DNA of 64,000 nucleotides from Escherichia coli (GTDB lineage Bacteria; Pseudomonadota; Gammaproteobacteria; Enterobacterales; Enterobacteriaceae): NCBI RefSeq assembly GCF_003991155.1, contig NZ_CP031293.1; one strand, 5' to 3'. Shown piece by piece: positions 56,203 to 64,000 of this stretch (position 1 is its first letter; each line of letters starts with the position of its first letter). The notes under the pieces were generated by a model. It saw only the letters and a program-made list of their open reading frames with translations, ran no database searches and was not told where the DNA came from. The position numbers and the translations under genes were made by a program.

Positions 56203-57657
56203 TTAACCTATGGTTTTTTGTTCTCCTGTTTTTTCTGCTGTTGTACGTTTCTTTAATAAGGCGTAGGCCGCAAAGGCGACGATGACGCCGACAAACCATG
56301 AAACACGTGATAACGGTTCCATAAAGGGAATAAACTTACCGCCAAGAGATAAAATAACGGCCACCAGAGTTACTGAAAACGCGGTGAGGTTAAAACCGTT
56401 ATCGTAATATTTATAATCGCCAGGTGCGGTGTACAGTTCATCAAGATTAATTTGCCCACGCATCACCACAAAATAATGCGCCATCATCACACCAATTACC
56501 GGACCAAGCATTCCGCCGATAATATCGAGGAACAGATAAATACTGTCCTGATTTTCCATTAATTTCCACGGGCAGATCAGCAGGCTGATAATACTGGCAA
56601 TCAGTACGCCGTTTTTATAGGTCAGTTTCGTCGGTGCAATGGCGGCAATCTGATAACCAGCCGGAATAATATTACCGGTGGCGTTAGTAGAGATAGTCGT
56701 CATCAGAATAACCAGTACCGCAAAGAACGAGGCGAACAGGCTGTCCCAACGCTGAACAATATCCAGCACGTTCCAGGTGTCAGCGCCGTAATGAATACTG
56801 GCTCCGGCAATAATACATACCCCGGCGACCGCAAACAGAATATAGGCCACAACTAAACCCAGCGTTTGCCCCAGCGCCTGCTCACGAAACGAGTGGGCGT
56901 TTTGCGTAAAGTCGGATGCGCTCACCGCCGGTGCCGCCCAGACCGCAACCACCGCGTTTATCACCACCAGAAACAGGAAGCCACTGTTTTCTGCTTTCTG
57001 AATACCGCCCGGAATGTAGTCAAAGATTGGACCGATCCCGACCAGCGAAATCGCCCAAATCGCCATACCGCCGAAAACGATATAGATGCACGGGTTAAGA
57101 ATGGCAGTGAATTTATTTAAAACTTTTCCGCCGCCAAAACCAATACCAACGTTAACCAGCCAGAAGAGTAAAAAAGTAATTAATCCCGGTAGAGAAAGGC
57201 CTAACAGCGTGAAATCGCCACCGAGAGTCAAAAATCCCGGCCAGATTTTGCCAATCAGAATCAAGCAGGCCAGTGACCCCGCGTAACATTGCAGGCCAAA
57301 CCACATAATGGCAGCAATACCGCCTCTTAATAATCCGGGAAACAGTGCGCCACGTACGCCGTAAGAAGCACGCAGGATCATGGCAAACGGTACGCCGTAT
57401 TTACTGCCCGCAGCACCGTTTAATACCATTACCGCGGCAATGAAAAAGGCACTGAGGATAATTGCCAGCATAATACTAAAGGTAGACAAGCCGAGAATAA
57501 AAAAGCCGCCAACCATCACATAATTGGGAACGTTATGAACCGAACCCATCCATAAGGTAAAATAGTTAAATGTTTTCCAGGTCCGCTGACTTTGCGTTTT
57601 CGGCAGTAGATCTTCGCTATAGCCGCGTTGCTGGAATAGTTTTCTCTGATGTTCCAT
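56203..57657 (-). CDS. ybbW: Allantoin permease (YbbW/AllW)
   Basis: 484-aa membrane transporter; conserved position. Confidence 0.88.
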   Translation of the reverse strand: MEHQRKLFQQRGYSEDLLPKTQSQRTWKTFNYFTLWMGSVHNVPNYVMVGGFFILGLSTFSIMLAIILSAFFIAAVMVLNGAAGSKYGVPFAMILRASYGVRGALFPGLLRGGIAAIMWFGLQCYAGSLACLILIGKIWPGFLTLGGDFTLLGLSLPGLITFLLFWLVNVGIGFGGGKVLNKFTAILNPCIYIVFGGMAIWAISLVGIGPIFDYIPGGIQKAENSGFLFLVVINAVVAVWAAPAVSASDFTQNAHSFREQALGQTLGLVVAYILFAVAGVCIIAGASIHYGADTWNVLDIVQRWDSLFASFFAVLVILMTTISTNATGNIIPAGYQIAAIAPTKLTYKNGVLIASIISLLICPWKLMENQDSIYLFLDIIGGMLGPVIGVMMAHYFVVMRGQINLDELYTAPGDYKYYDNGFNLTAFSVTLVAVILSLGGKFIPFMEPLSRVSWFVGVIVAFAAYALLKKRTTAEKTGEQKTIG

Positions 57658-57826
57658 AAATCCCTCTTAATTTCACGTATCGAATAACGTTGTTTTAATC
57701 TAGCTATGAGGAACAAATAAAATAAAAATATTATTTTTAATACTGAAGCAACATCTTTGGCTGCTTTCTTTTTTTAATATTGCTGGCCGATTCATTTTCT
57801 GATATCGGCCATTTTTATTGCGGGTA

Positions 57827-58705
57827 TCAGGCCAGTTTATGGTTAGCCATTAATTCCAGCGCCTGCACTAATGCAGAGTGATCCAACTGGCTGCCACCGT
57901 TTGCCGCACAGGTATTAAACAATTCCTGGCAGGTCGCGGTGTTTGGCAGGTTCAGCGCCAGTGCTTTCGCACTTTGCAGTGCCAGGTTGAGATCTTTCTG
58001 GTGCAGCGCAATTTTGAAACCTGGATTAAAGGTGCGTTTAATCATGCGCTCACCGTGAACTTCCAGAATACGTGAGGAAGCAAAGCCGCCCATCAGCGCC
58101 TGGCGCACACGTACCGGATCCGCTCCGGCTTTTGAAGCAAATAGCAGGGCTTCAGAAACCGCTTCAATATTGAGCGCCACGATAATCTGATTTGCCACTT
58201 TGCAGGTTTGACCGTCGCCGTTACCGCCCACGAGGGTGATATTTTTACCGAGCAGTTCAAACAGCGGTTTAACACGTTCAAATACCGCTTCGTCACCGCC
58301 AACCATAATCGACAACGTCCCTTCACGCGCGCCGATTTCACCGCCGGAGACTGGCGCATCGAGATAATCGCCGCCCAGTTCATTCACCTGACGAGCGAAA
58401 CGTTTAGTTTCAATCGGGGAAATGGAGCTCATATCAACAATGGTTTTGCCCTTCAGCGAGGCTTTGGTACAACCATTTTCACCAAACAGAACGTCTTCAA
58501 CCTGTGGCGTATCCGGCACCATAATAAAAATGATGTCCGATGCTTCCGTTACCTGGCGCGCAGTTTCAACACTGACGGCACCCAGTGACAGTAATTCATC
58601 AGCAACCGGACCAATGGTTGTGACATGCAGTTGATGACCGGCTCGCGCCAGATTAATGGCCATCGGTGTACCCATAATGCCTAAGCCAATAAATCCCAGT
58701 TTCAT
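57827..58705 (-). CDS. glxR: Tartronate semialdehyde reductase GlxR
   Basis: 292 aa; NAD-binding GxGxxG at N-terminus (GFIGLGIMG). Confidence 0.92.
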   Translation of the reverse strand: MKLGFIGLGIMGTPMAINLARAGHQLHVTTIGPVADELLSLGAVSVETARQVTEASDIIFIMVPDTPQVEDVLFGENGCTKASLKGKTIVDMSSISPIETKRFARQVNELGGDYLDAPVSGGEIGAREGTLSIMVGGDEAVFERVKPLFELLGKNITLVGGNGDGQTCKVANQIIVALNIEAVSEALLFASKAGADPVRVRQALMGGFASSRILEVHGERMIKRTFNPGFKIALHQKDLNLALQSAKALALNLPNTATCQELFNTCAANGGSQLDHSALVQALELMANHKLA

Positions 58706-58804
58706 AATTAACCTCTTTTAAATTTCGCTTTTCCTGAATTCAGACAACACGATCCCCAGCCAACTTAACGGCCTAAAAAAGCATTGTCTGAATAGCGTTA
58801 CGTT

Positions 58805-59581
58805 TTAACGGTACGGATCCATCCAGCGTAAACCGGCTTCCGTGGTGGTTTGGGGTTTATATTCACAGCCAACCCAACCGTTGTAGTCAGAATTTTCAAT
58901 TACCGTAAAGAGATATTCGTAATTAATTTCTCCGGTTCCCGGTTCGCCGCGATGCGGATTATCAGCAATTTGCAGGTGACCAATTTTATCGGCCCACTGA
59001 GTCATGGTATTAGTTAATTCACCTTCCATCCGCTGCATGTGATAAATGTCATACTGAATTTTCAAATTGCAGCAACCAACATCGTCAATCAGTTTCAGTG
59101 CCTGCCGGGTTCCGGTGAGATGGAAACCAGGAATATCAAAATGGTTAATAGGTTCAATCAGTAATAAAATATCTTCTTTCATCAGCATATTCGCAGCATA
59201 ACGCAGGTTTTCTACAAGCGTTGTGTGAATCTGTTCACTGCTGAAACCAGTCGGCGTTTTACCGACCAGACAGTTAATTTTTTTATTACCCAGAGCACGA
59301 GCATAACGAATCGCTGCTGCTACGCCATCCCGAAACTCTTCTTCACGGCCAGGAATACAGGCAATACCCCGCTCGCCCGCCGCCCAGTCACCTGCCGGTA
59401 AATTGTGCAGCGTATGTTCGAGTTTATTACTCGCCAGCACCTGTTTTAATTCTTCAATGTCGTAGTCATAAGGGAACATAAATTCAACGCCGCGAAAACC
59501 ACACTGCGCAGCTTTCTCAAAACGGGCGAGAAAATCATATTCACCAAATAACATCGATAAATTAGCAGAGAAACGTAACAT
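58805..59581 (-). CDS. hyi: Hydroxypyruvate isomerase Hyi
   Basis: 258 aa; conserved position. Confidence 0.92.
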   Translation of the reverse strand: MLRFSANLSMLFGEYDFLARFEKAAQCGFRGVEFMFPYDYDIEELKQVLASNKLEHTLHNLPAGDWAAGERGIACIPGREEEFRDGVAAAIRYARALGNKKINCLVGKTPTGFSSEQIHTTLVENLRYAANMLMKEDILLLIEPINHFDIPGFHLTGTRQALKLIDDVGCCNLKIQYDIYHMQRMEGELTNTMTQWADKIGHLQIADNPHRGEPGTGEINYEYLFTVIENSDYNGWVGCEYKPQTTTEAGLRWMDPYR

Positions 59582-59593
59582 TATTTATCTCCC

Positions 59594-61375
59594 TTATTCA
59601 TAGTGCATGAAACAGGTTTCAGTCGGTGCATCCGCTGCGTTATCGGCGATATCTTCAAATTCCATGACGTTATCCAGTTCACTGCCCATCGAAATATTAG
59701 TCACACGCTCGAGAATAACTTCCACGACTACCGGTACCCGATATTGCGCCATTAAGACTTTCGCCTGTTCAAAGGCTGGTGCAATATCTTCCGGTTTGAA
59801 AACGCGAATTGCTTTACAACCTAAACCTTCCGCTACTTTTACGTGGTCGACGCCGTAACCGTTCACTTCACTGGAGTTAATATTTTCGAACGCGAGCTGT
59901 ACGCAGTAATCCATATCAAACGCGCGCTGCGACTGGCGAATCAGCCCCAGATAGGCGTTATTGACCAGTACATGGATGTACGGAATGTTGAACTGTGCGC
60001 CAACGGCCAATTCTTCAATCAGGAACTGGAAGTCGAAGTCACCGGAAATCGCCACCACTTTGCGCTCTGGATCAGCGGCACAAACCCCCAGCGCCGCCGG
60101 AATGGTCCAGCCCAGCGGGCCTGCCTGCCCACAGTTGATCCAGTGGCGGTCTTTAAAGACATGCAGCATTTGTGCCGCAGCGATTTGTGACAGGCCAATG
60201 GTGGTGACATAACAAACATCGCGACCAAAGGCTTTGTTCATCTCTTCATACACGCGCTGCGGTTTCACCGGCACATTGTCGAAGTGGGTTTTGCGCAGCA
60301 AAGTGCGTTTGCGCTGCTGGCAGTCGGCGACCCATTCTTTACGACACGGCAGACGACCCGCTTTTTGCATCTCCTGCGCCACTTCAACCAGCAGCGTCAG
60401 CGCCGCTTTAGCATCAGAGACAATGCCGAGATCCGGACACAGCACGCGGCCAATTTGCGTCGGCTCAATATCGATATGAACGATTTTGCGCCCTTCGGTG
60501 TATTTCTCTACCGAACCGGTATGACGGTTAGCAAAACGGTTACCGATACCAAACACCATGTCGGACGCCAGCAACGTTGCGTTACCGTAACGATGCGCGG
60601 TTTGCAGACCCACCATCCCGGCCATCAGTTCATGATCGTCCGGGATACAGCCCCAGCCCATCAGCGTTGGGATCACCGGAACGCTGGTCAGTTCAGCAAA
60701 CTGTTGTAACAGTGCAGCAGCGTCAGCATTGATTACCCCGCCCCCGGCAACAATCACCGGACGTTCGGCCTGAATTAACATTTCTACAGCTTTTTCGATC
60801 TGCATACGGCTGGCAGCAGGTTTGTAGACCGGCAGCGGTTCGTACATGTCAGGATCAAACTCGATTTCCGCAACCTGAACGTCGAACGGTAAATCCACCA
60901 GTACCGGACCCGGGCGACCAGAACGCATCAGGTGAAACGCCTGTTGCAGCACACGAGGCACCAGCGCCGCTTCACGAACTGTAACCGCCATTTTGCTGAC
61001 CGGTTTAGCAATTGCTTCAATATCAACGGCCTGGAAATCTTCTTTATGCAGACGGGCGCGCGGAGCCTGGCCGGTAATACACAGAATAGGAATGGAATCA
61101 GCAGAAGCAGAATAGAGCGCGGTGATCATGTCCGTGCCCGCAGGACCGGAAGTCCCCAGACATACGCCGATATTCCCTGCCGTTGCGCGGGTATAACCTT
61201 CCGCCATGTGCGAAGCACCTTCCACATGACGCGCCAGAATGTGACGAATACCGCCGTGCTTACGCATCGCTGAGTAGAACGGATTGATTGCAGCTCCCGG
61301 AACGCCGAAGGCGGTGATGATACCTTCTTTCTCCAGCACATACATTGCCGCGTCAACGGCTCTCATTTTTGCCAT
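59594..61375 (-). CDS. gcl: Glyoxylate carboligase Gcl
   Basis: Track ORF to 61465; 593-aa ThDP enzyme from [19 protein letters not shown]. Confidence 0.93.
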   Translation of the reverse strand: MAKMRAVDAAMYVLEKEGIITAFGVPGAAINPFYSAMRKHGGIRHILARHVEGASHMAEGYTRATAGNIGVCLGTSGPAGTDMITALYSASADSIPILCITGQAPRARLHKEDFQAVDIEAIAKPVSKMAVTVREAALVPRVLQQAFHLMRSGRPGPVLVDLPFDVQVAEIEFDPDMYEPLPVYKPAASRMQIEKAVEMLIQAERPVIVAGGGVINADAAALLQQFAELTSVPVIPTLMGWGCIPDDHELMAGMVGLQTAHRYGNATLLASDMVFGIGNRFANRHTGSVEKYTEGRKIVHIDIEPTQIGRVLCPDLGIVSDAKAALTLLVEVAQEMQKAGRLPCRKEWVADCQQRKRTLLRKTHFDNVPVKPQRVYEEMNKAFGRDVCYVTTIGLSQIAAAQMLHVFKDRHWINCGQAGPLGWTIPAALGVCAADPERKVVAISGDFDFQFLIEELAVGAQFNIPYIHVLVNNAYLGLIRQSQRAFDMDYCVQLAFENINSSEVNGYGVDHVKVAEGLGCKAIRVFKPEDIAPAFEQAKVLMAQYRVPVVVEVILERVTNISMGSELDNVMEFEDIADNAADAPTETCFMHYE

Positions 61376-61396
61376 TTTATTCCTACCTCTATTAAT

Positions 61397-61413
61397 TGGA
61401 AAAATTTTCCAAC
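61397..61413. promoter_or_regulatory. Candidate AllR operator in gcl promoter
   Basis: Perfect palindrome TTGGAAAAATTTTCCAA upstream of gcl start. Confidence 0.6.
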
Positions 61414-61428
61414 TTTCAAATTTTGTCA

Positions 61429-61453
61429 AAAAAACCCGCTCCGCAGAGCGGGA
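61429..61453 (-). terminator. Putative allR terminator
   Basis: Stem CCCGCTC / GAGCGGG with 4-nt loop, followed on the minus strand by a run of T, 12 nt past allR stop. Confidence 0.55.
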
Positions 61454-61464
61454 TGCGACAGACA

Positions 61465-62280
61465 CTATGGATGTGCTTTCAGTCCCAACGCCGTGCTGAT
61501 ATCGCGGGCGGTGTCTCTGACCAGCTCACCCTGACTGACAAAACGATCTTCTGTCAGTCTTGATGAAGGCCCGGAGATGGAGATAGCGGCAACAACGCTA
61601 CCGACATCATCGTAAATTGCTGAAGCTATGCAATTCAGACCTACAACATGCTCTTCTTTATCTACGGTATAGCCCAGTTCACGCGCTTGTTCCAGGTCCT
61701 TCAGCAAGGTGGGCATATCCACAAGCGTAGTTGGCGTAAACTGCTGCAAACCGGTTTGCAGAATGATGCTCATCAACTCCTCTTCCGCCAGCGGATAAAG
61801 CAACGCCTTGCCCGCACCGGAAGCATGCAGCGGCAGACGACTGCCCAGTGGCGCACACATCCTGACCATCGATTTACACTCTAACTGACCAATTAATACT
61901 GCTTCATTGCCGTTACGGATCGCGACATTGACCGTTTCGCCGGAAAGTAACATCAGGCGGCGCATAAACGGCCCGGCGACGGAGAGGACATCGCGGTTAT
62001 GGATGTACGCCGCACCGACGTTAAAGACACCTAATCCTATATGCCACCAGCCTAACTGACTGTCCTGATAGACAAAATCCGCTGCCTGTAAAACCTTCAG
62101 CAAGCGAAAGGTCGTGGAGAGCGGCAAATCCAGATTGAGAGAAATATCGCTAACCGATGAACTTCCCCCACTTTTTTCCAGATATTGCAGAATCGCAATT
62201 CCCCGCTCTAACGCCTGTGCGCCCTTCTGTGCCACAGGCTCCGCCTGTCCTGGCCTGCCGCGCCGTCTAACTTCCGTCAT
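61465..62280 (-). CDS. allR: Allantoin regulon repressor AllR (IclR family)
   Basis: 271 aa; conserved position. Confidence 0.92.
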
Positions 62281-62357
62281 ACCTACGTTAACTCCGACCT
62301 ACAAGTGAGCATAAACAATGAACAATTAGTTTATCTTATGCAAGTCGGTTGCAGGCG

Positions 62358-62840
62358 TCACGCAAAACAGAGTTCCTGTTCAGGAATACTTTCAACATCA
62401 CAGTTGTCACTGCCGCCGCGATCGATGGTCAAGAAATCGGTGACGCGCTGCCAGGCGAAAAGTGGATGATGCCAGACGTTACGATGGTAATTCACCCCCT
62501 GTTCGCCGTTGGTAATAAACGCCCGCAGAGTTGACAGGTCTGGTTTGTCGTCGCCTAACGCCACGACCACCACAAACACTTCACCTTTCATCGGGATAAA
62601 GGCCTGAGTGCCCAGCGGATGACGTTCGAGTTCGTGAATGGTCAGCGGCAGATTCGCCGGTTGCGCGCGGTTAATGCTGATAAGCGTACGGTCTTGCTCA
62701 AGAATCTCAACCAGCGCCAAATCGTGGTAACGCTCCACCAGGCCATTGTTAATATGGAAAAAATCCCGTTGCTGCGTTTCGATTACGTCGCCATAAGCAC
62801 TAAAGGCTTCCTGACTTAACGGTAATACCTGAAGTTTCAT
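62358..62840 (-). CDS. allA: Ureidoglycolate lyase AllA
   Basis: 160 aa. Confidence 0.92.
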
Positions 62841-62945
62841 CTTTTTGTCCTTGTAACATAATTCCGTTCAACCACCGCCGACCGGTCAGCTTGGTTTCAA
62901 TAACAGGCAATCTAAAACCTTAAGAGAACAACATCAATACAAAAG

Positions 62946-62962
62946 TTGGAATATTTTTCCAA
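62946..62962. promoter_or_regulatory. Candidate AllR operator in allS-allA intergenic region
   Basis: Palindrome TTGGAATATTTTTCCAA, same half-sites as the gcl site. Confidence 0.55.
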
Positions 62963-63069
62963 AACTAGATTTAGTCCACAAATTGAACAGGGTTATCATG
63001 TAAAAATACTGATAAATCAGAGGATAAGAAAATCACGCAACTTGCGGATTTAAAAGGGGATACCTGAAG

Positions 63070-63996
63070 ATGTTCGATCCAGAAACCTTGCGGACTTTCA
63101 TTGCGGTTGCTGAAACAGGAAGTTTTTCAAAAGCGGCAGAACGATTATGTAAAACCACGGCGACGATCAGTTATCGCATTAAACTTCTGGAAGAGAATAC
63201 CGGAGTAGCGCTCTTTTTCCGCACGACTCGCAGCGTGACGTTGACAGCGGCTGGCGAGCATCTACTTTCCCAGGCCAGAGACTGGCTGAGCTGGCTGGAA
63301 AGTATGCCCAGCGAGCTGCAACAGGTGAATGATGGCGTGGAACGCCAGGTAAATATTGTCATCAACAACCTGCTCTATAACCCCCAGGCCGTCGCCCAAC
63401 TGCTGGCGTGGCTGAATGAACGTTACCCCTTTACCCAGTTTCACATCTCCCGACAAATCTATATGGGCGTCTGGGATTCGCTATTATACGAAGGTTTTTC
63501 ACTGGCTATCGGCGTCACGGGAACCGAGGCGCTGGCAAATACCTTTAGTCTTGATCCCTTAGGATCGGTGCAATGGCGCTTTGTCATGGCGGCGGATCAT
63601 CCGCTGGCGAACGTTGAAGAGCCGCTAACAGAAGCGCAGTTGCGGCGCTTTCCGGCGGTCAATATTGAAGACAGCGCCCGCACCTTAACCAAACGCGTCG
63701 CCTGGCGATTGCCAGGGCAAAAAGAGATTATTGTTCCTGATATGGAAACGAAAATCGCCGCCCATCTGGCGGGCGTTGGCATTGGTTTTTTGCCAAAATC
63801 ACTTTGCCAGTCAATGATCGATAATCAACAACTGGTCAGCCGGGTAATCCCAACGATGCGCCCTCCTTCGCCATTGAGTCTGGCATGGCGCAAATTTGGC
63901 AGCGGCAAAGCGGTAGAAGATATTGTGACCTTGTTTACCCAACGCAGGCCGGAAATCAGCGGATTTTTAGAAATTTTCGGCAACCCACGCAGTTAA
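63070..63996 (+). CDS. allS: LysR-type activator AllS
   Basis: 308 aa, N-terminal LysR HTH. Confidence 0.9.
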
Positions 63997-64000
63997 AAAT

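Overview
This window is Escherichia coli chromosome at the argU (tRNA-Arg, anticodon UCU) locus, in reverse orientation relative to K-12. Positions 1 to about 30,560 are the right-hand ~30 kb of a lambdoid prophage integrated at argU (the DLP12 site); the rest is conserved core genome. No search tools were run: every call rests on reading the supplied six-frame translations and sequence against recalled lambda and E. coli K-12 proteins, so identities are recognitions, not measured scores. The prophage reads, on the minus strand, like phage lambda in reverse: major tail V (cut by the window edge), U, Z, FII, FI, E, D, C, B, W, A, Nu1, a lambda-type cos site, lysis genes Rz/Rz1/R plus a non-lambda holin, Q, a DLP12-like nin region (ylcG, rusA, ybcO, ninE, ybcN, ybcK, emrE), ren, P, O with ori iterons, a cII-slot protein and cro. 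On the plus strand are cI, then gam, bet, exo, a Dam-like methyltransferase, a TraR-like protein, xis and int. Unlike the defective K-12 DLP12, this prophage keeps intact packaging, head, lysis, replication and immunity modules and shows no IS elements. The core genome part carries fimZ, the sfm fimbrial operon, folD, ybcJ, ybcI, cysS, ppiB, lpxH, purEK, REP repeats, ybcF-ylbF-ylbE-fdrA and the allantoin/glyoxylate regulon through allS. The strongest candidates for undescribed biology are three AT-rich cargo modules in classic prophage accessory slots: (1) a two-gene plus-strand module between Q and the holin, whose first gene has a frame break at an A7 tract; (2) a two-gene operon directly downstream of cI in the rexAB position; (3) a nin-region island with a 508-aa large serine recombinase and two unknown genes.
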